From contig OZ219787.1 of the NCBI GenBank assembly GCA_964291285.2, forward strand, positions 448,001 through 512,000: a stretch of DNA of 64,000 nucleotides, read 5' to 3'. Source of the stretch: Alphaproteobacteria bacterium. GTDB lineage: Bacteria > Pseudomonadota > Alphaproteobacteria > Bin95. Of this stretch, positions 35,013 through 44,871 are shown one piece after another (within the stretch, counting starts at the first letter, position 1; each line of letters starts with the position of its first letter). The position numbers were made by a program, and so were the translations under genes. A model generated the notes under the pieces. It did not search any database, was not told where the DNA came from, and was given only the letters and a program-made list of their open reading frames with translations.

Positions 35013-35623
35013 GCTTCCACCATGCGCGAAAGCCGCCGGTCGAACTTGCGCAGCTGGCGGACGATCAGCCGGTCCTTGACGAAAGGATGCAGCGGCGCCA
35101 GCCACCGGTATTTGCGGTTCTCCCAGCCCTCGATGATCATCAGCGTCCAGCCGCCGCCCGAACGCACGGCCACGACATTGTAGGGAGCCGTGTCCGTGGT
35201 AAGCAGGCGCTCCTTCCGCAGCCACCGCTTCATCCCGTCGATCGCCCGGACCAGGGAAGGCGTCAGGCCGTGTTCCCGGATAACCTGGGACAGGTTGCGG
35301 GATATGCGGCCGTCGCGGTCCCGGTACAACTGCATGACGATGCCCCGGCCGAGATCGGTGTCGACGACGCCTGTGATCGTCGGGACGCGGTCGAACACCG
35401 AGTCCGTCCCGCGCGCCCTCAGCCGCTCGTAACCCTCAAGATCCCGCCTTTGCTGGCGAAGGCACTCTGCATCGGCGTGGGCCGGCACCTTGACGCACAG
35501 ATCGGGATCGTCGGGGTGGACGTAGCAATGCCGCTTGCTGCCCCTCGCGAACGGTTCGCACCCTGCCAGCGCGAGCGGGCGTGCGAGAAGCTTCGAAGGT
35601 CCGGAAATCTTGGACGGCGGCAT
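35009..35623 (-). CDS. YrbL-family (PhoP-regulon, kinase-like) protein
   Basis: FARGSKRHCYVHPDDPDLCVKV, GVVDTDLGRG, IIEGW. Start is uncertain. Confidence 0.75.
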   Translation of the reverse strand: MPPSKISGPSKLLARPLALAGCEPFARGSKRHCYVHPDDPDLCVKVPAHADAECLRQQRRDLEGYERLRARGTDSVFDRVPTITGVVDTDLGRGIVMQLYRDRDGRISRNLSQVIREHGLTPSLVRAIDGMKRWLRKERLLTTDTAPYNVVAVRSGGGWTLMIIEGWENRKYRWLAPLHPFVKDRLIVRQLRKFDRRLSRMVEA

Positions 35624-35689
35624 GACCGGTCCCGGCTGGCTTATCCTTCGGAGTGTTAGCATTCCGCCCGCGTTCCCGGCAAACCCGGC

Positions 35690-35890
35690 GGCGCATCCGG
35701 GCGCCCGGCGGTCACGCCCAGGGTCTGGCTCGGCCTGCCGGTCTTCTTCCTCCGGAACTACCTGCTGCGCCGCCAGTGGCGGGAAGGCCGCTCCGGTTTC
35801 CTCTTCGCGCTGACCACCGCATGCAATCACTGGCTGCGCTACGCGATTCTGTATGTGCGCCAGCGCGCGACGCGAGGAGCGCGGCGATGA
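35690..35890 (+). pseudogene. C-terminal remnant of a WaaE/KdtX-like GT2 glycosyltransferase
   Basis: Hand translation gives GLPVFFLRNYLLRRQWREGRSGFLFALTTACNHWLRYAIL...*, with no start and no N-domain. Confidence 0.6.
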
Positions 35891-36032
35891 GTAATTGTCG
35901 ATTCTATTTCCTTGACGGCCGCGCCGTATGGACGCAGGCTTTCGCCTTCACGGTGCCAGAGCCTGTATCTACCGCGTTGTTAATGCGGTCGTTGAAGGCC
36001 CGCGCCGAAGCGAGGAGTGAGGAGGACTTTCG

Positions 36033-37139
36033 ATGACAGGGTTGAAACGAATTACGGTCTGGTGCCTGGCGCTGTTCGCTGGCGCGCTGATCGCAATGGC
36101 GCCGGCAAGGGATGCTTCGGCGCAGGAAATCAAGCTGCAATTCCAGACGGCGTTCCCGTCTTCGTTCTACACCCACAACAGCTTCCTGTATTTCGCAGAA
36201 CGCGTGAACGCGTTGTCGAACGGACGCGTCGAGATCATCGTCCAGCCGGGCGGCGCGATCGTGCCCTCGTTCGAGCTTCTGGACGCGACGGCCCGCAAGG
36301 TCCTGGACGGCGGATTCTCGGCATCGGCCTACTATGTCGGCAAGAACCGCGCCGCGGCGCTGTTCGGCCCGGCGCCGGGCGGCCCGTGGGGCTTCGACTG
36401 GATCGACTATTGGGGCTGGGTCTATGACGGCGGCGGCCTCGAACTGCACAACCGGCTCTTCACGGAAATCCTCGACCGCGATGTCGTCGTGTTCCCGATC
36501 TCGCCGGTGGGCAACCAGCCGCTCGGCTGGTTCAACCGCGAGGTAAAGAGCTGGGAGGACCTCGCCACGATCAAGTGCCGAGCCACGGGCATTACCGGCG
36601 AGGTGATGTCGAAGTCGGGCATGAAGACCGTCAACATGTCCGGCGGCGAAATCCTGCCCGCCGTCGAGCGCGGCATCATCGACTGCGCCGAGTGGGCGGG
36701 TCCGGCCGCCGACATCGACATGGGCTTCTACCAGATCCTGAAGCACTATTACCTGCCGTCCGCGCATGAGCCGGCGACGCTGATCGAACTCATCATCAAC
36801 GGTGAGGTGTGGCGCTCGCTGCCGAAGGACATCCAGGAGATCATGAAGTCGGTGAGCTGGGAGGCGACGCTCTGGCAGGTGATCCAGACGCACAGGCTCA
36901 ACGCCATTGCGATCAAGAAGCTGAAGGAAGCGGGCGTCCAGTTCCACAAGACCCCGGACAGCATCCTCGACGGCCAGATGAGGGCCTGGGAGGAGATCCG
37001 CGATCAGGCGATCAAGGAAAACCCCTTCTTCGCCGAGGTGATCGAATCCCAGCGCGTCTATGCCGAGGAGATCGTGCCTGCACGGCAGTTCTCGCAGGTC
37101 GATTACGACTGGCTGGCGGATTACTACTGGAAGAAGTAG
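36033..37139 (+). CDS. dctP: TRAP transporter substrate-binding protein (TakP-like)
   Basis: Signal peptide, NQPLGWFNREV, GIIDCAEWAGP. GAGGAGG RBS. Confidence 0.92.
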   Translation: MTGLKRITVWCLALFAGALIAMAPARDASAQEIKLQFQTAFPSSFYTHNSFLYFAERVNALSNGRVEIIVQPGGAIVPSFELLDATARKVLDGGFSASAYYVGKNRAAALFGPAPGGPWGFDWIDYWGWVYDGGGLELHNRLFTEILDRDVVVFPISPVGNQPLGWFNREVKSWEDLATIKCRATGITGEVMSKSGMKTVNMSGGEILPAVERGIIDCAEWAGPAADIDMGFYQILKHYYLPSAHEPATLIELIINGEVWRSLPKDIQEIMKSVSWEATLWQVIQTHRLNAIAIKKLKEAGVQFHKTPDSILDGQMRAWEEIRDQAIKENPFFAEVIESQRVYAEEIVPARQFSQVDYDWLADYYWKK

Positions 37140-37157
37140 CGGCGACAGCCTGACGGG

Positions 37158-37196
37158 CCGCCTGCCTCCCGCTCCGTGCGGGAGGCAGGCGGTTTC
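37158..37196 (+). terminator. 15-bp perfect hairpin after dctP
   Basis: CCGCCTGCCTCCCGC-TCCGT-GCGGGAGGCAGGCGG-TTTC. Confidence 0.65.
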
Positions 37197-37244
37197 GTCC
37201 GGTCCGGCCCGGACACGCAGGCGATCCCGTATGGAGGCAGGCGC

Positions 37245-38288
37245 ATGAAGGCCGTGGTGTTTCTCGGCGACCGCCAACTCGAACTCGCGGAGTTTCCCGA
37301 TCCCGTTCCCGGCCCCGGCGAGGCGGTGATCGAGATCAAGGCTTCGGGCATGTGCGGGAGCGACCTCAAGATGTACCGGGCCAAGGGCGGGGCCGCGGCG
37401 CTCGGCCTGGGCGGCCCGGGCGGGCCGGTGATCGCCGGGCACGAGCCCTGCGGTGTGGTGGCGGCAGTCGGCGAAGGCGTGCCGGAAGCGCTCGCCAGGG
37501 TGGGCGACCGCGTCATGGACCACCATTATGACGGCTGCGGCGTGTGCAAGCATTGCCGGCAGGGCTGGTCGCAGATGTGCCTCGAAGGCACAACCGTGTT
37601 CGGCGCAACGGGACACGGCGCGCATGCGGCCTACATGAAGGTGCCGGCGCACACGCTGGTGAAGCTGCCGGACGAGCTTTCCTACAAGACGGGCGCCGCG
37701 ATTTCCTGCGGCACCGGAACCGCCTACGGCGCGCTGAAGCGCCTCGCGCTGGCGGGCGATGATACCATCGCGATCTTCGGCCAGGGCCCGGTGGGCCTGA
37801 GCGCCACGCAACTCGCCAAGGCGATGGGCGCCCGCGTGATCGCGCTCGACATCGGCGAGGAGCGGCGCGACCTCGCGCGCGCTTTCGGCGCCGACGAGGT
37901 CGTCGATCCGCGCTCCAACGATGTCGTCCAGGCGATCCGCGACCTGACCGACGGCGAGGGCGCGCAGAAGTCGCTGGATTGCAGTTCCAGTTCGGAAGCG
38001 CGCCGCGATGCCGTGCGCTGCGTACGGAGCTGGGGCACGGCCTGCTTCGTCGGCGAAGGCGGCGATGTCACCATCGACGTATCGAACGACATGCTGCGCC
38101 GTCAGGTGACGGTTGTCGGCTCATGGACCTTCTCCAAGAACGGCCAGGCGGAATGCGCGCGCTTCGTCGCCGAGCGCGGGATCGATGTGGACGCGCTGTT
38201 CACGCATGAGTTCGCGCTCGACCAGGCCGTGGACGCCTACAAGCTTTTCGACACCCAGACGACCGGCAAGGGCGTATTCCTGATGTGA
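37245..38288 (+). CDS. Zinc-dependent medium-chain alcohol dehydrogenase
   Basis: CGSDL, GHEPCG, CGVCKHC...C, GQGPVG. Confidence 0.93.
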   Translation: MKAVVFLGDRQLELAEFPDPVPGPGEAVIEIKASGMCGSDLKMYRAKGGAAALGLGGPGGPVIAGHEPCGVVAAVGEGVPEALARVGDRVMDHHYDGCGVCKHCRQGWSQMCLEGTTVFGATGHGAHAAYMKVPAHTLVKLPDELSYKTGAAISCGTGTAYGALKRLALAGDDTIAIFGQGPVGLSATQLAKAMGARVIALDIGEERRDLARAFGADEVVDPRSNDVVQAIRDLTDGEGAQKSLDCSSSSEARRDAVRCVRSWGTACFVGEGGDVTIDVSNDMLRRQVTVVGSWTFSKNGQAECARFVAERGIDVDALFTHEFALDQAVDAYKLFDTQTTGKGVFLM

Positions 38289-38347
38289 CGGCCGGCGCCG
38301 GAGCAGACGGCGCGGGTTCCGCCAATTCGAGAGGGAACGAGGCTGCG

Positions 38348-38914
38348 ATGAACGAAACGATTGAAATGTGGATACGCCGCATCGTCGCATTCATCGACGG
38401 CGTGTCCGACTGGATCGGGGCCTGGATCCTCGCGTTCCTGGCGCTGCCGCTGCTGTATGTCGTCTGCCACGAGGTGATCGCGCGCTATGTGTTCAATGCG
38501 CCGACCAATTGGGCGTTCGAACTCACCTTCATGACCTACGGCGCCTTCTTCATGCTGGGCGCCGGCTATACCCTGCTCAAGGGCGGCCATGTCCGCACCG
38601 ACATCTTCTACAACAACTGGTCGTTCCGCACCCGCGGCATCATCGACACGACGCTCTACATCGTCGCCTTCTTCCCCGGCATGATCTTCTTCTTCATCGT
38701 CGGCTGGGAAGAAATGCTCCACGCCTACAACACCGCCGAACGGTCGGACATGACACCGTGGGGGCCGTCTATCGTGCCGTTCAAGGCGACGATACCGGCG
38801 TCGGCGGCGCTGCTGTTGTTCCAGGGCGTCTCGGAACTCTGCAAGAGCTTCTACGCCATGGTGGAAAACAAGCCGCTCCTTGAGGATGCTGAGCTGATAG
38901 GGAGCGAAGTATGA
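38348..38914 (+). CDS. dctQ: TRAP small permease
   Basis: 4 TM segments. EVIARYVFNAPTNWAFEL, GGHVRTD. Confidence 0.92.
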   Translation: MNETIEMWIRRIVAFIDGVSDWIGAWILAFLALPLLYVVCHEVIARYVFNAPTNWAFELTFMTYGAFFMLGAGYTLLKGGHVRTDIFYNNWSFRTRGIIDTTLYIVAFFPGMIFFFIVGWEEMLHAYNTAERSDMTPWGPSIVPFKATIPASAALLLFQGVSELCKSFYAMVENKPLLEDAELIGSEV

Positions 38915-40230
38915 GCACTGACATTCTCGGCCTGGTCCTGCTCTGCTCGCTCATCGCAGGCATCTTCGTCGGCTTCCCTATCGCCTTCACGCTGATCATC
39001 CTGGCGACCGGTTTCGGCTATGCCGTCTTCGGCGATTCGGTCTTCTACCAGATGTACTTCCAGACCCTGGGCATCATGAAGGCAAGCGAACTCGCCGCGG
39101 CTCCGCTGTTCATCTTCATGGGCCACATTCTGGAACGCGCCGGGTTGATGGCGCGGCTCTTCCGATCGTTCCAATTCATATTGGCCCCGGTGCGGGGCTC
39201 GCTCTATCTGGGCGTGCTCGGCACCGCGACGCTCTTCGCCACGGCGACCGGCATCATCGGCGCGTCGATCACCGTGATGGGCATGATGGCGGCGCCGGCC
39301 ATGACCCGCGCCGGCTACGATCCGCGCATGTCTGCAGGCGTCATCGCCGCCGGCGGCTGCCTCGGCATTCTCATCCCGCCAAGCGTCATGCTGCTGGTCA
39401 TGGGCCCCATCATCGGCGTCTCGGTCATCGACCTGTTCGCCGCCGCGCTCATTCCGGGCCTGATCCTGGCCGGCCTCTATATCGGCTACGCGATGATCCG
39501 CTCCTTCCTGAACCCGGAGCTCGGGCCGCCGCTGCCGCCGGAAGACCGCGCGACTTCGATCGGCCAGATCTTCCGGGAATTCTTCTCGGGCATCGTGCCG
39601 CTGGCCGTCATCATGTTCTCGGCCCTGGGCAGCATCATCGTCGGCATCGCGACGCCGACAGAGGCCGCCGGCATGGGAGCGCTCGGCGCGACCCTGCTGA
39701 CGGTGGCCTATCGCCGGCTGACCTGGCGCATCCTGCTCGACGCCTGCCGCCACACGCTCACCACTACGAGCCTGGTGCTGTTCCTGGCCGTCGCCTCGAA
39801 CATCTACGGCGCGGTGTTCACCCGGCTCGGCACCGGCAACCTGCTGACCAACTTCATGCTCGGGCTGCCCGTGGACCCGCTGTTCCTGCTCGCCATCCTG
39901 ATGGTGGTCATCTTCATTCTCGGATGGCCGCTGGAATGGCCGGCGGTGGTGTTCATCTTCCTCCCGGTCTTCGTGCCGGTGGTGCAGAAGCTCAACTTCG
40001 ACCTGGTCTGGTTCAGCACGCTCGTGGCCGTCAACCTGCAGACGGCGTTCCTGTCGCCGCCCGTTGCGATGGCTGCATATTATTTGCGCGCCGTGGCGCC
40101 ACACTGGTCGCTGGGCGACATCTACCGCGGCATGGCGGCCTTCATGTGTCTGCAGGTGATCGGCCTGGCGATCGTGTTCTTCTTCCCGGGAACCGCGACC
40201 TGGCTGCCGAGCATCCTGTTCGACCGTTGA
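38911..40230 (+). CDS. dctM: TRAP large permease
   Basis: GFPIAF, PLFIFMG, LGILIPPS, ATPTEAA, FLSPP. Confidence 0.95.
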   Translation: MSTDILGLVLLCSLIAGIFVGFPIAFTLIILATGFGYAVFGDSVFYQMYFQTLGIMKASELAAAPLFIFMGHILERAGLMARLFRSFQFILAPVRGSLYLGVLGTATLFATATGIIGASITVMGMMAAPAMTRAGYDPRMSAGVIAAGGCLGILIPPSVMLLVMGPIIGVSVIDLFAAALIPGLILAGLYIGYAMIRSFLNPELGPPLPPEDRATSIGQIFREFFSGIVPLAVIMFSALGSIIVGIATPTEAAGMGALGATLLTVAYRRLTWRILLDACRHTLTTTSLVLFLAVASNIYGAVFTRLGTGNLLTNFMLGLPVDPLFLLAILMVVIFILGWPLEWPAVVFIFLPVFVPVVQKLNFDLVWFSTLVAVNLQTAFLSPPVAMAAYYLRAVAPHWSLGDIYRGMAAFMCLQVIGLAIVFFFPGTATWLPSILFDR

Positions 40231-40335
40231 TCCGCTGACCTGACGACGCTTCGCCTCCGCCCTGCCCGGCTTGCGCCGGGGCGGGGCGGCGGCAATACTC
40301 GGCCGCGGACGATGAAGGAAGCGGGAAGAGCCCAT

Positions 40336-41610
40336 ATGAAACACCTGTGGTTCCACCTCATGCCCTATACCGAGTTGCCGGACGATTTCCGGGAGCATAA
40401 CCCCTCGGTCTGGGTCGATATCCATTCGCGCCTCTTCGACCCCGAGCGCGCGCACTACATGTACAACGACTTCATGGACGAGATGGAGTTCGCGGCGGAG
40501 GTGGGCTTCGACGCCGTGTGCTGCAACGAGCACCACTCCAACGGCTACGGGCTCATGCCCTCGCCCAACCTGATCGCGTCGGCGCTCGCGCGCCGCGCCA
40601 ACCCCGACACCGCGCTCTGCGTCATGGGCAACAGCCTCGCGCTCTACAACCCGCCGACCCGCGTCGCGGAAGAGTTCGCGATGATCGACTGCATATCGGG
40701 CGGGCGGCTGATCGCCGGCTTCCCGGTCGGCTCGCCGATGGACACCTGCTACGCCTACGGCCAGAACCCGAGCCTGCTGCGCGAGCGCTATCTTGAGGCC
40801 CACGATCTCGTGATGCGCGCCTGGACCGAGCCCGACACCTTCGCTTTCAACGGCCGCTTCAACCAGCAGCGCTATGTCAATATCTGGCCGCGGCCGGTGC
40901 AGAAGCCGCACCCGCCGGTCTGGATCCCGGGCGGCGGTTCGGTCGAGACCTGGCGATGGTGCGCCGAGATGGACTATGTGTACTGCTACCTCTCCTATTT
41001 CGGCTACAAGGCCGGCCTCCAGACCATGCAGGGCTTCTGGGAGGAGATGGAGCGGCTCGGCAAGGAGCCGAACCCCTACCGCGCCGGCTTCCTGCAATTC
41101 GTCGGCGTCGCCGAGACCGAGGCGGAAGCCTATGAGCTCTACCGGGAGCCGGCGGAATACTTCTACGGGCGCTGCCTGCATATCGACCCGCGCTTCGCCG
41201 CCCCGCCGGGCTACACTACCGAGGCGACGCAGCGCGCCGGCATCCAGAGCCAGGTCGCCAATGCCGCGCTGCAGAACCGCAAGGCGCTCCAGGTCTCCAA
41301 GTCCGCGCGCGAGTTCGACGCCATTCTGGACAATGGCTATGTCATCATCGGCACACCGGACCAGGTGGCCGAGAAGCTGCGCCAGGTGATCCACGATCTG
41401 CGCTTCGGGCAGCTCATGCTGCTGCTGCAATTCGGCAACATGGACAAGCAGCTGGCGAAGTACAACTCCCGCCTCTATGCCGAGCAGGTAATGCCGCAGT
41501 TACAGGATGTCTGGAGCGAATGGGAGAACCACTGGTGGCCGACGCCGATGGCCGCCGCGGACCGGGCCGCGCCCGACCCCATCGCCTATTCTTCGCTCGC
41601 CGCGGAATAG
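40336..41610 (+). CDS. LLM-class (luciferase-like) flavin-dependent monooxygenase
   Basis: GFDAVCCNEHH, RVAEEFAMIDCISGGRL, WPRPVQKPHPPVW. Confidence 0.93.
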   Translation: MKHLWFHLMPYTELPDDFREHNPSVWVDIHSRLFDPERAHYMYNDFMDEMEFAAEVGFDAVCCNEHHSNGYGLMPSPNLIASALARRANPDTALCVMGNSLALYNPPTRVAEEFAMIDCISGGRLIAGFPVGSPMDTCYAYGQNPSLLRERYLEAHDLVMRAWTEPDTFAFNGRFNQQRYVNIWPRPVQKPHPPVWIPGGGSVETWRWCAEMDYVYCYLSYFGYKAGLQTMQGFWEEMERLGKEPNPYRAGFLQFVGVAETEAEAYELYREPAEYFYGRCLHIDPRFAAPPGYTTEATQRAGIQSQVANAALQNRKALQVSKSAREFDAILDNGYVIIGTPDQVAEKLRQVIHDLRFGQLMLLLQFGNMDKQLAKYNSRLYAEQVMPQLQDVWSEWENHWWPTPMAAADRAAPDPIAYSSLAAE

Positions 41611-41624
41611 GGGCTGCTGAGGCA

Positions 41625-42422
41625 ATGGACTCCATTTCCGTCCCGCCCGCCATCGACCATGTGGATGTCAATGGCGCCCCCTGCCGTGTCTGGCGCAAGG
41701 GGTCCGGCCGGCCGCTCGCCTTCCTGGCCGGCCATGGCGGCCTGCCGAAATGGCCGGCCTTCCTCGACCGGCTGGCGGAGACGCATGAGGTCGTCGTGCC
41801 CTCGATCCCCGGCTATCCGGGAGGCCTCGGGCACACGAAGCTCGACAGCCAACTGGACTGGATACTGGCCGTTCGCGACCTGCTGAACGGCTGCGGGCTC
41901 GAAGCGGGCGACACCCTTCTTGCCGGCTCGGGCCCCGGCGCATCCTTTGCGCTGGAGGTCGCCGCGCTCTGGCCGCACAAGGTCGGCCGGCTTGCACTCA
42001 TCGCGCCATGGGGCCTGTTCGACGAAGCCGAGCCGATGACCGACCCCTGGGCCCAGCGACTGCCGGAACTGCCGGGCATGCTCTGCGCCGACCCGGAGAA
42101 CTGGAACACGCTCAAAGCGGCCCCGGAGGGCGCGAATTCCATCGAGTGGCCGATCGAGCAGACGCGCGCGCTGGAGGCATCCGCGCGGGCTTTCTGGCCG
42201 CTCGGCAACAGCGGGCTGGAGAGACGCCTCGGCCGGGTACGGGCGCCTGCCCTGCTGCTCTGGGGCGCGGAGGACCGTATCCTGCCGCGCTCATATGCAG
42301 AGCGGATGGCGGCAGGGCTCGGCGGCCCGGCGCAGCTGGAAGTCATCGAGGGCGCCGGCCACCTCGCCGAGCTCGACAAACCGGCGGCAGTGGCGCGAAG
42401 CATCGAAGCATTCTTCGCCTGA
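41625..42422 (+). CDS. Alpha/beta-hydrolase-fold protein lacking the nucleophile Ser
   Basis: GSGRPLAFLAGHGG, elbow LAGSGPGA, LLWGAEDRI, GAGHLAELDKP. Confidence 0.85.
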   Translation: MDSISVPPAIDHVDVNGAPCRVWRKGSGRPLAFLAGHGGLPKWPAFLDRLAETHEVVVPSIPGYPGGLGHTKLDSQLDWILAVRDLLNGCGLEAGDTLLAGSGPGASFALEVAALWPHKVGRLALIAPWGLFDEAEPMTDPWAQRLPELPGMLCADPENWNTLKAAPEGANSIEWPIEQTRALEASARAFWPLGNSGLERRLGRVRAPALLLWGAEDRILPRSYAERMAAGLGGPAQLEVIEGAGHLAELDKPAAVARSIEAFFA

Positions 42423-42455
42423 ATTGCGGCATCCGGCGACAGGGAGGGCGCCCGG

Positions 42456-43049
42456 TTGGTCTTCCCCGAACTCCCGAAGCGGGTCTTCGAGATCGTCTAT
42501 GCCGATCCGCCCTGGGACTATAAGGGCCAGTTGCAGCATGCCGGGGCCGGGTCCGGCGATTCCGGCGGCGCGGTCCGGCACTATCCGACCGTCACGCTGG
42601 AGGACCTGAAGACCTTGCCGGTCGCACGCATTGCGGCGCAGGATTCGCTGCTGTTCCTCTGGGCTACCAATCCGCATCTGGACCAGGCCATCGAACTCGG
42701 GAAGGCTTGGGGCTTCAGCTGGGCGACGGTCGCCTTCGTATGGGACAAACGAAAGACCAATCCAGGCTTCTACACGCTCAGCCAGTGCGAACTCTGCCTC
42801 GTCTTCAAGCGGGGCAGGATTCCGCAGCCCAGGGGTGCGAGGAACATCCGCCAGCTTGTGAGCGCCGAGCGCGGTCCGCACTCCGAGAAGCCGACGGAAG
42901 TCCGGCAGCGCATCGAGGCGATGTTCCCCGGCCAGTCGAAAATCGAGCTGTTCTCCCGCGACCGGGCTCCGGGCTGGACGGCCTGGGGGCTGGAGACCGA
43001 GGACGCCGGACCGGACGGCGTGGGCCTGGGAAGAGCGGGCGATGAGTAA
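42456..43049 (+). CDS. MT-A70-family adenine methyltransferase
   Basis: IVYADPPW, HYPTV, LFLWAT, FVWDK, ELCLV, HSEKP, KIELFSR. TTG start with GGAGG RBS. Confidence 0.9.
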   Translation: MVFPELPKRVFEIVYADPPWDYKGQLQHAGAGSGDSGGAVRHYPTVTLEDLKTLPVARIAAQDSLLFLWATNPHLDQAIELGKAWGFSWATVAFVWDKRKTNPGFYTLSQCELCLVFKRGRIPQPRGARNIRQLVSAERGPHSEKPTEVRQRIEAMFPGQSKIELFSRDRAPGWTAWGLETEDAGPDGVGLGRAGDE

Positions 43050-43461
43050 CATGAGCATCCCGGTTCGCGCGCTCGGCGAGGTCGTGCTGCGGACGAGCCG
43101 GCTGGACGAGATGCGGGCCTTCTACCGGGACATCATCGGACTTGAGGTCATGCGGGTCTTCGAGGACGGCATGACCTTCTTCCGCCTGGCGCCCGGCTTC
43201 GAGGGCCACACGGCCGTGCTCGCCCTCTTCCCTGCCGACCGCGGCGAGGGCTGGCAGGGGCATGACCAGCCGCGTTCCACGCTCCACCATTTCGCGCTCA
43301 GCATTCCCCATGCCGAACGCCCCGCCGTGCTGGCCGCGCTCACCGCACGGGGCCTCGAACCCTGGACTGCCTTTCACGAGTGGGTCGGCTGGCACTCCAT
43401 CTATATCCATGACCCCGACGGCAACACGGTCGAACTCGTCAGCGCCCCGGACCCGGCATGA
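43042..43461 (+). CDS. VOC/glyoxalase-family protein
   Basis: LGEVVLR, FYRDIIGL, LHHFAL, YIHDPDGNTVEL. Confidence 0.9.
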   Translation: MSNMSIPVRALGEVVLRTSRLDEMRAFYRDIIGLEVMRVFEDGMTFFRLAPGFEGHTAVLALFPADRGEGWQGHDQPRSTLHHFALSIPHAERPAVLAALTARGLEPWTAFHEWVGWHSIYIHDPDGNTVELVSAPDPA

Positions 43462-43874
43462 CGGACCGCACCCCCGCCGCTCATCTCCATCATGTGCATC
43501 TCTTTGCGGCCGATATCGATGCAACCGTGGCGTGGTGGCGGGAGAAGCTTGGGGGCGTTGTCGCGTTTGACGGCGAGTTCGGCGGGGCGCGCAATGTGTT
43601 CATGGAGGTCGGGCGCGGCCGCCTCCACCTTTACGACCAGCCGCCGCGCGGGGTGCCCGGCGGTTCTGTGCATCATGTCGGCATCCAGACCGACGACCTT
43701 CCCGCGCTTCACCGCCGGCTGACCGCGCTCGGCGTGCCGTTCCGCTCCGGCATCCGCGAGTTCGGGTCGTGGCGCTACATCATGTGCGAGGCGCCCGACG
43801 GCGTGCTGCTGGAGTTGTTTCAGATCGATACGGAGGACATGCCCCCTGCCCTCGCCCGCTATTTCTCCCTTTAG
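43458..43874 (+). CDS. VOC/glyoxalase-family protein
   Basis: LHHVHL, VHHVGIQTDDL, APDGVLLELF. Confidence 0.9.
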   Translation: MTDRTPAAHLHHVHLFAADIDATVAWWREKLGGVVAFDGEFGGARNVFMEVGRGRLHLYDQPPRGVPGGSVHHVGIQTDDLPALHRRLTALGVPFRSGIREFGSWRYIMCEAPDGVLLELFQIDTEDMPPALARYFSL

Positions 43875-43917
43875 GTCAGCCTCCGTCGCGGACGGCGATA
43901 TCAGGCCCAGGAGCACC

Positions 43918-44796
43918 TTACTCGAAGGCCTGGTCCCAGCTCTCCGGCAGCAGCCGGTAGCCGCCATTGTCGCGGACCAGATGCGAGAAGCCGGGAAAGT
44001 GCAGATGCATCCCGGCGATCAGCAGCCGGTCGCTGGCGGCCATGTCGAAAAGCCGCAGGCGCGAGGCGGCGGCGCGCTCGGGATCGGTATCGAAGGCGAT
44101 GGTCACTTCGGGATGCGCCACCTGGATATCGGGCACATGCACCGTGTCGCCCCAGATCAGCAGGCTACGGTCTCCGGACGCGACCAGATAGGCCGTGTGG
44201 CCGGGCGTGTGCCCGTGGGCGGGCAGCGCGGTCACGCCGGGGAACACCTCTCCGGACCCGAAGAGCCGCATGGCGCTCTTGTAAGGCGCGATCTGATCCC
44301 GGCCGGCCTGGAAGTAGAGCAGCTGCTCGCGTTCGGTCGCCCGGCTCATGGCGGCATCGTCCGCCCAGTGCACCGGCTCGTTCTCGTGCATGACGAGTTC
44401 GGCATCGGGGAAGAGGCGCGCGCCCGTCTCGCGGTCCGAGAGGCCGGCGGAATGGTCGGGATGCATATGCGTGAGCAGGATCGTGTCGATGTCGGAGGGG
44501 TCGATTCCCGCCGCCTTCAGGTTGCTGCCGAGCCATCCCGCGGTCGGGCCGAGATAGGTGCCGGAGCCGGTGTCTATCAGCGCGATGCGGCCGGCCGAAT
44601 GGACGATGAAGGTGTTGACCGCAGTGCGCCGCGCCGGCTGGAACACGGCGGCCATCTCGGCCTCGCCGACGGCGGGGTCGATGCCCTGAAGGACGGTAAG
44701 GTCGCCGTCCAGATAGCCGTCGCTGAGGGCGGTGACGGTGATGTCGCCGATGCGTCGGTGGTAAACGCCGGGAATCTGGCTGGTCGGTACGGGCAT
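43918..44796 (-). CDS. MBL-fold metallo-hydrolase (lactonase / methyl-parathion-hydrolase-like)
   Basis: LIDTG, THMHPDH, GHTPGH, WGDTVH, GMHLHFPG. Confidence 0.92.
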   Translation of the reverse strand: MPVPTSQIPGVYHRRIGDITVTALSDGYLDGDLTVLQGIDPAVGEAEMAAVFQPARRTAVNTFIVHSAGRIALIDTGSGTYLGPTAGWLGSNLKAAGIDPSDIDTILLTHMHPDHSAGLSDRETGARLFPDAELVMHENEPVHWADDAAMSRATEREQLLYFQAGRDQIAPYKSAMRLFGSGEVFPGVTALPAHGHTPGHTAYLVASGDRSLLIWGDTVHVPDIQVAHPEVTIAFDTDPERAAASRLRLFDMAASDRLLIAGMHLHFPGFSHLVRDNGGYRLLPESWDQAFE

Positions 44797-44871
44797 GGGA
44801 TGGCGGCTCTTTCTCGCTGCGGGCGCTCGGATACAATCATACCGGATGTGCGCATGAAGAGGGGATGCCCG

